Positions 25,824 through 40,644 of a DNA stretch of 64,000 bases are shown in pieces. The notes under the pieces were generated by a model. It saw only the letters and a list, made by a program, of their open reading frames with translations, did not search any database and was not told the origin of the DNA. A program made the translations under genes and the position numbers. Every line of letters starts with the position of its first letter. Position 1 is the first letter of the stretch. This DNA comes from Blasia pusilla (lineage: Eukaryota): contig CM114271.1 in the NCBI GenBank assembly GCA_050084515.1, positions 44,516,001 to 44,580,000 of the forward strand, given 5' to 3'.

Positions 25824-26109
25824 TTAATTTTAAGGTAATTTAAATTTATCCATAGTGTGCAAATATGGATTTTGTTCATGTGTAATTTTGGATGGAACCC
25901 GATCACAAAACAAATTATATTTAGTTTTTGGATATTTAGACTTCATAAGTAACAAATTACTCGGCCAATCCATTTGGGTGATTCAATCCTCATAGTTTTC
26001 TAATTACTCCTCACCGTTTCCACTTGCCTTGATTGTGACCAAGTATGCGGCCCTAGGTTTTTTTTAAATTAAGAGGGTTTGGATGGTACTGCGGAGGGCA
26101 TGGAAACAA

Positions 26110-26430
26110 GAGAGGGTAGGAAAAGCACTAACACAACTAACATCATGGTAGTAACAACGGCCTGGAAGGAAGAGCGCAGGAAACGCACTAACACGGTGGG
26201 AGAAGCATATGTAAGACGGAGGAGGGCATGGAAATGCACTAATACTACGGGAGAAACACTAGCACGGCCTGGAAGGAAAACATGGCGTGGAAGGAAGAGC
26301 AGAGGAAATGCACCAACACAAGGAAGAGCAGAGGAAACGCACCAACACGACAAGAGGAGCACAAGGTAAGAGGGGCATGACATAGAGAGTAACGCGACAT
26401 GGAGTAACACGGGGGAGTAACACGTGAAAC
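26110..26430. repeat. Degenerate purine-rich minisatellite
   Basis: About 6 recurrences of GGAAA(C/T)GCAC(C/T)AACAC with variable A/G-rich spacing. Confidence 0.6.
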
Positions 26431-26799
26431 GAAAAACAAGACATTTTTATTCACTCCATCCAATGGTTTGAAAAGTTCACATCCAACATATCCAAAGGCT
26501 GCATAATAGTTTGCATTCTAGAGCCTCTTCACTCAAAATCGACTATAGTAGGGGCCGTAAGCAAGGGGCCAAAGTTGAATTGTCTTTTATGAATAAGGCA
26601 AAGTAGGGAAAAATTGACCTACTTATGAGAGGGAAATATATATATATAAAGATGATTAATTGCCTCTAGAAGTGGGAAACCATATAACTTGCTACTATTT
26701 TGCAATACACAAGTAGATGTCATCCAAAAAAAAAAACAAAGTGTTGGAAGATTTGAAACGGACATGTTGTAGCAACCAGCTTGAGAAGACCAACGCAAT

Positions 26800-28090
26800 C
26801 TGTTAGAGGCTCTTGAGTGTTGGAAATTAATTGGTGAGACTTGGTAAGGGCATACATGATAATAAAGCTAGTTTGTAGATGAGGTGGATAGATGAAGTCA
26901 AGAAGAGCTTAAGTATGAAGCATATCACACTCTAAGATAGAATCTACGATGGAAGCAAAGGAGAATATAAGTTCTAGAAAGTGGAAGATTGTGGTTTTCA
27001 TTCTCACTTGAGATAGTATCATGACATTGAAAGAAGTCCATATTTTATTGGAAAATGTGTTTAGACATTAAGACTTGTGAAGCGAGTTAGTATACTATAA
27101 AGATACCAAGATTTTCTCTAAGCTTAATTTTAACTTTTTCATTAAATATTGTAAGAGTGGTTTTTTTTGCAAAGTCGAGGTTACTTCTTAAAGACAATCA
27201 ATCAAGTGAAAAGGGTGAACTTAAAACTTGAGAAATATCCAACAAACTATGAGGACTGAATCACCTAATTCATAAAATAAAATTGACCTTTGGGCCCCTT
27301 GATTCACAATACTATTACCATCCTAGCCCCATGCCCTCTTCCCCTCCTAAAATGCAAAGTGAGAAGCATATATCCAAACTTTGAGTGGGAAACCAAAGTT
27401 AGTAAGGCATATGAGGGTTACTCACCAAAATATTCAATTCATCGCATGCCTCTTGGAGGTCTATGATATTTTGGGTTCTTGTATTGATACTTGCACATCA
27501 AGTCATAGAGTTTCCCTCAAAATCTTGGAAAAATCTTGTAAGTAACTTTAATAGAAAGTCACAAATTCAATTATTTAGAAAGTCACAAACCCAATACATG
27601 AGGATGTTATGAAAAAAAATTGCCCCTCCTTTATAAAAAAAACATCGTGAAATATTGAATTCATGAGAGTGATGAAGGTACCCGATGCATTGGCTAATCC
27701 TAACGGCACCCAAAACTTATATGCACTATAATTTTTTCTCATGCCCTTCTATAATTGAAATTTAGTATAACTTTTCAAGTTTATATTGGAAAATACTTTG
27801 ATCTTGCCACCACATCAAAAGAATAATCCACCAAAGGACATGTGTGCTTTTCATGCATTTCCTTCTTGTTCAGCACTTTATAATCCACACACAATTGCAC
27901 ATACCCATCTTTCTTAAAGATAAATAGGGTTGGAGCTCCAAGAACAAACTTATTTGCAATTGAGATAGTGAGCATACCCTCCTCCAATGTCTTCATGTGC
28001 TCATGTAAGACGTGTTTTTATTGAGCACTCATTAGCCAAGGGTTGCTAGATATCAATCCTCTCCTCAAATTGAGTTTGATCTGATGACAT
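26800..28090 (-). pseudogene. Highly eroded Gypsy pol remnant
   Basis: GAPTLFIFKKDGYVQLCVDYKVLNK in ORF 27781-27996 and VPLGLANA-like motif at ~27685-27710; boundaries approximate. Confidence 0.65.
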
Positions 28091-29964
28091 ATATCCAAGA
28101 TTGCACACGGGCATGTCTATGTTTGCAGACTTATGTCCATCCCTAAAACGGACATGTCCGTGTGGGCCCACGTACTCGCGGCCCGTACCCGAGCCCACCT
28201 TGCCTGCAACATAGACCCAAGCTCGGCCAACCTGAACTCAATCTAGGAAGCCGTTGCCCATTCTTACCACCAATTCTATAGCCCGCACCGGTCTGCCCTA
28301 AGCCCACACTAGCTTGCAGCAGGCCCGCAGGGTGGGCTGCGAGCTCGTGGCTATCCCGCGCAAGCAACACCTGTTGCCAGCCAAGAAATGGCTCATATCC
28401 CGCCTACCTTAATTCGGGCCCGCACCTATACTTATGTTTTGAGCCTACGCGGGTCATAGAGGCTGAAAAATCTTGGGCAAGGGATCCGTTGGGCATGTCT
28501 ACCCCATGGACGTTCACCCTAAGGTGTTGGATGAAGTTGGAAACAACGCTCCCGCGTCATGATCATCGATTATGGATTTAGGACAATCCCTCTTTTTTGC
28601 TATTTTGGTCCAAGGGACTCATTGTCTAAGTCAACAATTTTCCAATAATCTATGAGCACATGTTACCATTTTGGGCTATTTTTGGGGGAAGAACTCTTTT
28701 GACTCTTTGTAAGTGCATAAAGTAGAGAGAGATTTCTTTAGCAAGTCGTTTTTCTCATGTACACAAATAAAGTACTGAGAATTTAGCTCGGATTATAGAA
28801 TTAAGGATAGGAGAATATAATGGAAAAACTAGAGTGGAAAGTCATTTGAAGAGCCTAATATGATGTCACCATGGGAATTCCATGGATGGAATACTACAAT
28901 CCAAGAATGATTTTTTCATAGCAAATAGATTGATGAATGGGAAATTAAGAAACACTCTCATTCCTCCTCCACCTATCATCTGCAAACAATCCTTCCCCTT
29001 CTTCTACCTTGCAATTCAATGGTGAATGCCAACCTGTAGTAAGACTCTCTTAAACTCAAAGCAATATTTCATTGTTTGATCATTCTTCCAAGAGGGGAAA
29101 TCCACTCTCTTTGGAAGATCAATCTTGTCTGATTCTATTGTAACCCGTACGCTCCTAGGAGAACTTCCAAAATTTTGCAAAGGTAGGTTACCCCTCAAGG
29201 CCCTTTCCCTACCATTTTTTAGATGTCATCTTATAGATGGATCTCCTTGACTAACCATGATATCTAAAATCTGTTTATAAATTCTTAACCTATGACAAAG
29301 AGGATTAATATCCTTTTTTTTATCAAATTAAAAATTCAATGAAAGAATCTTTATATTTTAAAAAAAAAGAGTACATGCATCAATGAACATAAATCTTTTC
29401 CATTGGAAATTTACATTCCCTAACCTCTGAGGGTGACAATTATATAGAAGATCCAAAAAATTTCAATTGTTTTGTATGCAATATTATCAATCTTGTGTTT
29501 AGCTTAGTTTACTTGGAAATCAAAAACTTTTTAGGCGTTACAATGAGTTTCTCTCTAGTGTATTGGCAGCTATATGCTAGTAATGGGTGGTGTCATGACA
29601 AGCTTGGAGATCATGGGAAACTAGGTAGGTATGTGCATCCACACAATATAGAATATGCAAGAGATACAAAACTAAAGCATGTTTTCAAATTTGGTGACAA
29701 AGACATGTTTTCATAGGGTAGGAAATGTTTGTCATCATGTCTCAAATGAAGAGGTGTAGGCCATTGGGAAGGTAATCCTCCCCTAATAGTTTAGATTTTG
29801 GGCGAGAAGTAGTGACCTCAAAGTGATGCAAGTTAGAATCCAAAAGCTTTTAGGAAGAAGAGGCCCCACTATGAGAAAAATGTTAAAATCTCCAAGCTAT
29901 TAAAATTCATGCATGCCATGATGCCCACGTGGTAACATAAAATAAAATATGAATGAAGCTAGTT

Positions 29965-30008
29965 TCGTCGTCCTCTTTTGAGGTTTATTTTTATAATAAA
30001 GTGGATAT
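29965..30008 (+). repeat. ~45-bp 3'-terminal fragment of the CRE-like element
   Basis: CCTCTTTTGAGGTTTATTTTTATAATAAAGTGGATAT matches the reverse complement of 22350-22387 (CCTCTTCTGAGGTTTCTTTTATAATAAAATGGATAT). Confidence 0.6.
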
Positions 30009-33000
30009 TATATAGTTTCGACTAAAAGCTAAAATGAAGGGAAATACGATCCTCGTGGAGTGGTGGTTTGCTCGGGATTTAATTTATCAGCATTCACTCA
30101 ACTCCGAAATGGAAATACATTGATTCGCGCAATTTTGGAGTCCACGTGGTTTCGAAGACTGAACTCTTACTCTTACTTGTCGACGAGGCGTAAAATACGT
30201 AAGCAAATAAATAAATCCGAACAAAGGCATGTGAGTCCCGTCTACTCCGGGAAGATTCAGAGAAAAAATGCTCGCTTTGCGACGTTATTCGCATTTTACG
30301 ATACTGAAGGAATGTACTGTAAACGCGATTCATATGCCATTTGCCATAAGAGGAATGTTGTGCTGTCCAGTTTGTCTATATCTGTCGCGGTCTTGACCAG
30401 GTCCCCAAGAGTCAAGACTTGTCTCGGGGGGTGTCATTGCGTGCTCGCACTAGGAAACGAGCCGAAGGGTGGGCGCCCGTGGGCAGGCCATCAAACCGCC
30501 AGTCTGCCGAAGGTCACGTCGCCACGAGATTTGAAACAGCGTGTGCCGCACAAGGTACAGAGTACTGGCGACTCTGCATGAAAGCATCAAAACTCCCCCT
30601 GATTTTTGCGGACTTGTGGTACTTCAACTTAAAACTGACCAGGTCCGGTCTTTAATCGGTTACAATAGCCTTGCAATATTGTATGGAATGGAGTATCCAC
30701 TGAATATCATGATTACCTCCATCAGAGTTTAGTCACCGGTAATTAAATTCTTTTTTTCTCATAGCTAGAGGGACGTGTAGATCTTAGGGTTTAAACATCA
30801 TGCTTTGGTATGGCAACGAGTAAGGTGTCTCATGGAATGGGCACCTTACTTAGTGCAAAAGCATACCCTGCTTTCAAATTTGTACCATTTTGGGTACACT
30901 CATATGGTTCTACTAATGTCAGTAACATCAAGACAAATACTTGAGTTAATAAAAAACTCCATAGGAGACCGTAGTGTGTCGGAAGCTCATTGGCTCAAAA
31001 GGGTGGGTGTAAGAAGTTAGTGGAGGTTCTAAAATAGTAGTATAGATTTTAGGAGATGAAGAACCAAAATCTGATGGGTTGAATATTTATGTGACAAAAT
31101 GGTGTATCTATTTGCTCTCTTTCTTAAGGATATGGATTATTTAGATTAATACTTTAATTTCAGCCTTTTTTATCTTAGTCTAATATAAAAAGAGGAGTGC
31201 AAATTCCTCACAAAAGAAAACATAACGAATGAATATAAGAGGATGGGAGAACCCATTGGAAAACCAAGAAGGATGACAAAAACATAAGATATATGATGGT
31301 ATTTGAAGTGTTGAATATCAATGGGAGCGATTACATCAAGAGTTGTCCTCTTCTTAAACTTTCCTACTTATTCATATTCATCATAGTAAAATTTTCCTTC
31401 CTAATAAATTAATTTTAATAAAAATGGTCCAATTTTGTTTAGGGTTTTGAGGTGTCATCCCACATGCATCAAAAACTCCCTATTTCTAGTATATATATGT
31501 ATATGGGAAAAACCTTTTTTTTTAATTACTCTATTCAAGAGATATCACCCTACGAGGTATATATAAAAGTGCAGATTTTGGGAACGGTTAAGGTCTAACT
31601 CAGCAATAGTTTGATTAATTTCATGAGAAAATGGAATGGGATGACGAGGAAGTTACAAAACGACAAAAAATATTTAGGAAAGAAATTCTGAAAAGAAATC
31701 CTCATTTTGTGTGCAAGAAAGAAGAACTATTTTTTCTTCTAGGTTATGATACACTTTTTTCTAATTTTTAAAATAGTTCAAGTTGAATGGAGACAAGTCC
31801 ATGTGATTGGTGGATAGTGTGAACAGAGTTTATAAGCTTGTCTACATATAAGTCAAAAGTAGTATATGCATACCCATGCAATGCAAAAAAACCTTATAAT
31901 CTTAACATTTATGAAAGCTCTAAGTTTATTTTTAGGACTTCAAGCCTTGCGTTACATGTGTGAGATCACAACAGTTTGATTGGGGTGTAGAGGTGTTGCT
32001 CTAATAAAATGAAACGGAATCGTGTGTAAATCTGGTTGGAAATTTTGGAAAAGTGGTAGCATAGGACACTTTAAAAATTATTGGTTGGTGAAGGAGGTAG
32101 TTGGAATGGTTTCCAATTTTTCCATAAATGATTATGATGTGATATGCATTGCAAATGTCTTGACAACCGTATATGCCCCAAATTCTTACCTTATTGCTTG
32201 ATTTCTGGTCTGAAGAACATTTCTTGAAAAAGGAGGAAGATTTGTGAAGACATATGTTTATGCTTTATGGACGACCCATGTTCTTCTAATAACATTCATT
32301 CTTGGTCTATTTTTGAATAGCTTTATAGTTTGAAAAGAACTATACACAATTGTGAAAATTCCTTCTCAATTGTAGTCTAAATTCTAAAATCAAATTTAGA
32401 CTTTTAAGGATCTCTTATAGTAAACTTCTTTAAATGGATTATAAAAATTATTTTAGATGAGTATTTTTTCCCTCACCTTATAACTCAAACATTAATGACT
32501 TTCCACTAATCTTTGTATGGGGTTGTAGGGAAGGTTGATATGGCAATCGAGATGGTTTTTACTTATCCTTTGCACCAAATGGTTTAGATCCGCTCAAGAG
32601 AGATGGATCGAAAGAGCAATGGCGTTGGGAGCAAGGAAGAAGATGCAGACATGTAGGTACTTCCATTAGGGATATTGCTGCCACCTTAGCTACGAGATCA
32701 ATGAGGAAATGGGTGAGAGGTTTATACTTTTCTCTTGAAGTCCTAAAATTGACCTTATTAATTCTCCCTTGTATATCAATATGATGATGAGTTAGGGTTT
32801 TGGGGAAAAAAAATCAAAGAATCTTAACATGGTTTGAGTTTGATCAAAGTGAAAATACCAGATCCTATTGCAAGGTATGTGCTATGCACGAAGTGAAAAC
32901 ATGTTCCATGCAATCTAGTCAATGCTCCATTAAATGCTTGTAAAAACACTTTCTTGTTGCTTGAGTGATAAATGTCAAATAGAAAGACTCTCTTGATAAG

Positions 33001-36000
33001 TCAGTAATTTATCTCACGCTAATTTTTTTAATTATTGGAGAATATATTTTTGATTTTTGATTTCATGTTCTTTTAATACTTGGCCCTTTCAACCAATAAG
33101 ATTACTCAAGTTGGTTTAAAAGATTGATTAACAAATTAGTGACGATTTTCAATTTTTAATTCTCACAAATTTTCAATGATGATGGATAGTTTCAATTACC
33201 TATTTTAACATTGATCTCCACTCTTTTTTCTTTTCTCATTTAAAATGTCATTCACATTACCTAAAAACATATGGAAACTCCGGTCTATAACTTCTTTTCT
33301 TGTCTAGTAATTTGTTTGTCTTTGGTGCTTTCTTTCTCTACGGTAATAAGGAGGATGTGTAGGGCCCCGAAGCTCATCATCATACTATACGAGTATGATG
33401 AAGAGATAAAATGATGACGAAGAAAAGACAACATAGATGAAACCATGCATATCTCGAGGGCAAATAGAGAAATATAAAAAATTATAAGATAAATGGAACA
33501 TGCGATTCGCGGAAGCACACTTAGAATTTTTTTTATTAAAAATAGTGTGTAACAAGAGTGAACCACCAAAAAGAAGGTACAGTAGTGTTAAAAAAATCCA
33601 TTCATTTCGCACTTTAGAAAGGGTAAATGCCATAAAGATGGCATGCGAAAGAAGTGGATACTCTTATTAGACCCTGGAATAAGAAACATGCATAGAAGCA
33701 TAAAATAAATCCCCTCCACTTTCGCTTTATGGATTCTCTCGACCACTTTTATCCAGCGTGTCTGCTTTTCACTTCCCATAAGCTTCCCAAAATGGAATCC
33801 CTAACCGTAGTTTAGTTGTTGATCAAGATAGAAAGAAAAAGTAGGTCTAGGGATTGCCGTAGCGACCATCATTCGTTCGGGATGGTTGGTCGCTCGCTCA
33901 AACACTGCCATGAATCCTCTTTCTAGGGATGTGCAGTGATAGCGAGCCCTCATGATGTGAAGGAGTCGGATCGGGGGCTGCTGCTGGCGGCCCCTGGCAT
34001 GTGGTTGATTTCTTCTCTAATGTAATAATAAATACTCTGTATGATGATTAAATTTATTTTGTTCTTCTGCCTTCTTGAGTCCTGCTCCTGCCTGAAAATG
34101 GATCGATGAGGAGGCTCGGCTCGTCTGGAGCGTCTGCCAAATCCTGATAGTATCGCCGACGAGGAAGCCCAACACGGAGTCAGACAGACAGACAGACATC
34201 ATCAAAATCACCAGCGATAGAAAATGCATTGGGTGCTGTCTGTCACTGTGGCAGACAAAGGCATTCGCTCCTGTTTTCTGTGCAGTGCGTATCCATGATG
34301 AGAAGTGAATGAACAGTGCACATGCGGATTGAATGCTTGTTACGCTCATGCTCTAGTGTGGATCTTCATTCCCTTGATTATGTGCAAGAGCTAAAATGTG
34401 AGATTGTGCAACCATGGATAGAAGGGGATGGGAGAGAGAGCCTACAAGGTGGGGATTGGAGAAAATGCGCCGTCTCTTGTAGCTTTTTTCACGTTTCACT
34501 TATTCCGTCACGGCTTTCAGTGAGCGCTTGCGGTGACAATTTTCTGTGGTACATGGACCCACAAGCACTCCACAGACGTGTGAAATCATATCAAGCGCGC
34601 GATCCAGAAATTACGATTCACGAACTGGATGGGATCCAGAAATTAAGTCAGATCGGATATGCAAAGGACGGAGAACACGCTGCGAATTCATGAAAGGTAG
34701 GACGATTCAGAGCTTCGTCCTTCGGAAGTCTTGAAATTGTGCACTCCGATAGCCAACCAGAGAATCGCTTGCTCCGCTCCGCCAGTGGGGATCACGATAG
34801 GAACCGATACGTGCGGTGTGCAGCGGACTTCTCCGCAGTGCACGATCAAGAGTGTTGCCCGCACCACCAGACAATCCGTCACCCGGACGGAACCTGGAGA
34901 TGCCGGATCGCGAAATCGACCACACTCGACTGTGCGATGTCAGGTTCGAGTACGTGGGGAGGAGTCGTGGAGGAACGGGAATACCGTAGTATTAGGGCCA
35001 ATCACTGCCGGAGTTGGGAGGCCCCGGGAGTCGTGGCAACGGGCGATGGGACGTCCGAAAGAAATTTTTGTCCTTTTTCGGACGATACTAATTTTTAAAT
35101 TATTATTTATAAAAAAGTTATTATTATTATCAATAAAGTCCATTCGTGTGGACTACACAGGAATTTCCTCCGTCTCCCGTATTTGTTCCCCGTCGGGGGG
35201 AAATGAGTGGCCCTATTGTACCTCCGCGAGTCCGTCAATATGACGTGAGAGCAACAATACGTTCGAGGACTGCGAGTAAAGGAAGCCGGTCGAAATTGCG
35301 ATTTCCCGTTCGCCGGTTAGGACCGCTGGCTGGGTTACCGACGAGTTTCAGTGGCTTACCGGCAGCTGGCGGCCCCCCTTCACCGACACCGGCTAGTAAC
35401 CAGAAGCCGGCGCCTTCTTGCCAGCAATTAGTCCCTGGAACTTGTCTGTGGTGCGAGTTTCGGCAGTCCGAACCGCGAAGCCTTCGTGGCAAGGACTGAT
35501 GGGAGGGAAGGGGTAAGTGTTTAATCACGGAACCAAGACAGGCTTCGATAAAAAGCGGGTGATGGAAAACCCATCCGAAATTTTAAAAGAAGGGAGTGCG
35601 TGAAGGCCATAACCGGCACGGACCCTCATTTCTTTTCTTCCTCACGCCGTTTGTTCCTCCTCACCCCGAATCGCTGCCGCCACTTTCAGAGCCTTTTCGT
35701 TGCCGCTTTGCTAACTTGGCGTTGCTTCTTTGCCGCGAATAGGGCTACTGAGCCCCCGTCGTCAAGTCAAAAGAAGCATTCACTGAAGTCGTCGTATGGC
35801 CCCTAATGTGCCCCTAGCTTTCGAGTTTCACCTCGGAGCAATAACATAACCTTGCAAGGAAATCGGGAAGAAATCTACTGCTAGTTTGGAGTGCCAATTC
35901 CTAAAATCCCGTATTTGAGAATGGTCGGACGTATTGTTAAGAGCACAAGCAGCCTTGGAATTTCTAAATTTTCACATGAGATATTTTCAAAATAAATGTA

Positions 36001-36926
36001 AATATGGGACTTGCAACTTACACCATTGGTTTTTTGGGTTTGGCTCCTATCAATTCCTTGGAAACAAGAGTACGATACTCCTTACCCTCGCGCCTATTCA
36101 TCCTCCGTTTTCTAACCTCACGTTGGTTTAGTTCACCCTGGTCCTTCTTTGAAATCCTCATGTAAACTAAGTTTATATCTTTTATTTTCCCCTTACTAGT
36201 GTGGAGGAGTTTAGCACAATTGACAACTTCTCCCCATAATGGACGGCAGGTTGCATGTTGGAATCCAACTTGAGACCTCAATTTTGCCTAAGTGTTCCTC
36301 ACGGATGAACTCGACTTTCACCCTACATGGTTTAACATGAGGATGAAGAGGCACGAGGCTCTTTACGCTTGAAAATGGGCTATCCCCATCATCGGCTATT
36401 CGCTTCACCCTAAACTGCCAATTTTGCGAAATGGTTGAAATGGAACCCTATCGGCAAGTAGCTTTACACTCGTGAAAATTACAATACGAGGCACTTGCGA
36501 GGAGCCATTCACGTTATCGCCATCAAATGTACATAAGCTTTATATCTTCCCCTATAAAGCCCTACGGGATCGCTCTGAGTCGCCCTAATGTGTTCTTTAA
36601 TGATCTTCACTTCAACTATCCCACTCCTAGTGTGTTTCTTGCTAGAAGATATCCGCCTAGAGTTGAGTCCCACGTATTGCCATCAAGGCATTGTCATCTT
36701 GCTGCTCCTTTAGTTCGATCCATTGCCATCATGTTTTCTTTTTAGTTCTATGCATTGATGCATTTTTCCCTTGTGAGTTTATGGTTGTCCACCTCACCCT
36801 CACTGACTTGCTTCCCTTGTGTGAGTCCAAGTCTGATGAACTTTGGTACTTGGCAGTTGTTGCCTTTTGCTCTCGTTTCCTGTTGCACTTGCAGAGTTGT
36901 CACCCTAGCTGTAGTTGGCCCACAAC

Positions 36927-38378
36927 CCAAGTTGCACATAGACAAAGTCCATATTTGCGAACTTATGTTCCAAGGACAAACACGTGCGGGCCGGCCCAAG
37001 TGCCAGTGTCCTACACTCAGGCCCACCTGCCCGCTTGCAAAGTACACCCAGGCTCGACCAACCCACACCCCAACCCATCACCCAGTTTTGGCACTCGATT
37101 TGTGGCATGCATCAGCCTTGCCTAGGTTTTGCGTCCGAGATGTCTCGAGCCCTCGTTCCATTTTCCGTCGGACCGTCATGATTGGTCGCTTCTAGCCCGC
37201 TAAAGGCCCGTAAGGGGCCAGCAGGGGGCTTGGGGCTTTTTCCTTGTGCGTCCAATCCTATGAGGTCACGCAACCTTTCGAGATTTGCAACTGCTTCCCG
37301 AACTTGGCCCGCATTCTAGCAAACCCTTTGCTGCCATGTGTTGTCTCCTCATTGGCTCCGGGTAAGGTTCATGCCCACTTTCCCCTTCCCACCATCTAAA
37401 ATATGTTTCAACAAAAACCCATAGGCAAAGGGCCCACAAGTGGACCCCAAAATGCTTATAAGGGAATTTTTTGTGAATTAACCTCTCTTACCCTCACTTC
37501 TCCTTCATCTTTCCCTCCTTTTCTTTGAGAGTAAGATTAGTCTTGGATTAGGCCTGAAATTTCTATTGGTGCCTTGAGAGCTTTGGGCTTTCATGGTTGG
37601 TAAGAATTTCGGGAAATCCTTTGTGAACCTTTGGGGATAGTTAGAATTTGTTTGTGATTGACTTGGATATTTGTATTCCTTGTTGTGTCTCAAACAAACT
37701 CTAACTTATTCCACATTAGGTGAGAGGTTGTGAGAGTGGAATTTGCTTACATCATTGAAATTTTTTGGTAATCTTGAGATTTTTTATTCATCATCTCAAG
37801 TTTAGATATGTTTCATTAGCTTTTTTAGCACATTGGGAATGTGGAGATGGTCAAGGAATCTTATTTGAGTGGACATCTTATTCTTGTGTTTAAGGAAGAA
37901 TCTCGGTTATATTTGAGACAAAAAATAATGCAACATAAGATTTTTACTTTTATTTTATACAAGGAATAGTTGCCATGGTGGGAAGGTAGAGGATCCATTG
38001 TGTGCCATCTATCCATATTGGAAAGGTGGACACCTTGAAAATTGAATGCGAGCATACCCTACCTTGAAGAATGGAGGGTAGAGTTTAGGGTGGATTTGAC
38101 GAACACGGGTGGAAAAGTCTGGACATATCCACGAACATGGGTTCTAGGAGGTGGGACCCATACTTTTAGTCCATGATGGAAGGTAAGGCAAGGATGAGAG
38201 GAGCAATGAGGGAGGAGGGAGTAGAGGTGGAGGGAGGAAGAAATGGAGGAGTACGGAATACGAAGGCAAGTAAGGGGAATGAGAAAGAAGGGAAAGGTGG
38301 GGCCCATACAGACAAGTCCTTCCATAGGACGGACATGAACATGTCGACAGACACGGACTTTGTCCATATGCAACCTTG
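36927..38378. mobile_element. Possible old TIR (hAT-like/MITE) remnant; related end at ~28096-28140
   Basis: CCAAGTTGCACATAGACAAAGTCCAT (36927) is an imperfect inverted match to ACGGACTTTGTCCATATGCAACCTTGG (~38353-38379). A similar CCAAGATTGCACACGGGCATGTC occurs at 28096. No TSD. Confidence 0.4.
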
Positions 38379-40644
38379 GGCTCCAAGAACAAGAAAATTC
38401 ATGTTTGGCACATAGCACTATAGTGGACAACAGGGTCTAAGAATATGTTTTTTAGCATAGCCAAAAAAACTATGCCATAGGAATGATTGTAAAGAATTTG
38501 AATTATGTGACATACCACCTTACTATCAAGGATGCTTCTGCAAATATTAGATGGACCTTCCGACAAAGAAGAGGAAGTTAGTAAGAAAGGTATTTATCAA
38601 GCTCAAAGTTGTAGAAATAATGAAGGAGATGGAGGTTTATTATGGCCATGTGAAGATGGGTTATCAATAAGAGATAAGAGATCGCGAGCTTAAGATGAAA
38701 TATCCCCACAAATGCACTCAAAACGATTAAGGCTTGACACTTCGCCAAACTTGGAAGTAGGGGATTATACCCAAAACATTATCATCGACCATCATCCTCT
38801 TGGCCAAATAGAGCATAGGATGGAGGGGCTCTATCACGACGAGCTTCATCATTGACTTATCAAGCCAACACCAACAAATTGGATTATCGAGAAGCCTTAG
38901 GGCCTATTATCTTATATGGATGGAAACATAACATATCATCTACGTAAAGAGAAGATAGATGACACGTATGAAAAAGAAGGTCAAGTCGAGTTGGAGGAGG
39001 AGACCTATGAGAACATGAGAGGTGTTTTGAATTGTCTAAATGTAGGTTGTAATATGAGTTTTGATGGGCCTAGAGAGAGTTCCGATGGTTATGTACAAAA
39101 CGGTACTATTCTCAAAACCTTCTATGGGGAAAATGCTTCAGATAATAACGAGAGGTTATTTTCTCATCTATCAAAGTTGGAGAGTTTAATAAGAATTCTT
39201 AATGAACATTTATTTGGAGGCCGAATTCAACATTTTAAATGGGAAGCACAAACAATTTTCTCAAGAGCATGAGAGTGTGAATAGAGAGATGGAGAGGATT
39301 TTTCATAACTCAATTTTCACAAATGAGCTACATAGGAGACAAAGAGCAAGAACGGCAAACCATACGGAGCAATGGAGGAGGGCATATGAATCCATCATGC
39401 CAAGCTAATACCAAGAAATGGATGAATTGTTGCCATGGAGAGCAAAGGGCAACATGGAAGAACTCACACCTAAGACAACTCCACACAAGGGTCATTTCGT
39501 GAAAGAGGTTAATAAGATCTTATTCCAACCTATTGAACACTTGTGGTCGCTTACTCTATGCGCACCATAGAAGAATGCAGTTTATCCAAACATTGCCAAC
39601 TATGTTTATATGATGTTGGCATTAACACCTCTCAATCCAAGTAGACAAAAGCAAGATATGACTAATTGGATGAAATCGATTGCCGTAGCAAGAGGGGTCA
39701 TGGCACCAACAACTACCCAAAAAGCCTGATTTTCTTTTACCCAATTACCACATAAGATTGTTATATGATAGACAGCATATTTATGGGCATCCATATTGTC
39801 TTCAAAAGACCATATTACTATCACAAAGGTATCCAACTTGTAGACAACCTTGGTCATGAAGACTTTATCAACTTTTTGTCACATCATCGTGTTGGATACT
39901 AATGCACCAGTTGTGTATCACAAGTTATCCCAAGAATTAGGAAAGTGTGAGTGGAATAGGTAGGAGAAGAAAGTTGGCTTTTCCAATGATTAGGAAAGTA
40001 TAAGTGGGGTAGGGGAGGAACGAGGAAAGGGATTCAATTGAGGGCAAATAGAGGATGGAAAACAAGAAGGAAAGGAAATTTTGAACGCAAAAGGCAGTGA
40101 TCACTTTCTATGGTCACCCAACAAGCGAAATCACCTAGGAACATCATCAGATCAACCTCCGACAAGGTTGCTTATGCAAGAGAAGGTAGGCACAAGGATT
40201 TGCTGCCAATTTATAGCTCACCAAGGCCACAAGACATTCTCATTCTTCTTGCAGCTCCACAGCTCGAAGATGAGTGAGGATCTAGTGGTTGGGATTCTGT
40301 TTCAAGACGTGTTCTTGGTCTCATGGTAATCATGCTGGCAGTTCAGCCACTTTAAGTTATGTTCCACCCTTGATTGAAGATCAACTCATATTGACGTCCA
40401 TGTAAGCATTGTTCTTGGAGTACTTCTGATCTTGCATTGCAGAACGGATTTGAGCAAAGATTCCATTTAACAGTTATTATGTGTATCTCCCAATATAAGG
40501 ACTATTCAGAACCAGGCATGCAGTTTGGTTTAGCCAGCCATGAAAATGGAGTGAAACTCAGTTTCAGTGAGTGGATTGGTTTTAAATCCAATGCATGCCA
40601 ATTGTTTTCGGTTCCATGTGCTATTTGCCCTATGACCTTCCTAG

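Noticed and set aside
26110-26430. Repeat-spacer pattern superficially like a CRISPR array
   Set aside because: Repeats are degenerate, spacing is irregular, spacers resemble each other, there are no cas genes, and the context is eukaryotic
33840-35500. GC-rich, gene-like unique region with small hairpins and a signal-peptide-like ORF (MHFLSLVILMMSVCLSDSVLG in 34017-34349)
   Set aside because: No recognisable protein motif, known miRNA or ncRNA signature; cannot be supported without expression data
38500-39900. Fragmented ORFs (38916-39408) that may be TE-derived
   Set aside because: No diagnostic gag, transposase or RT motif recognised
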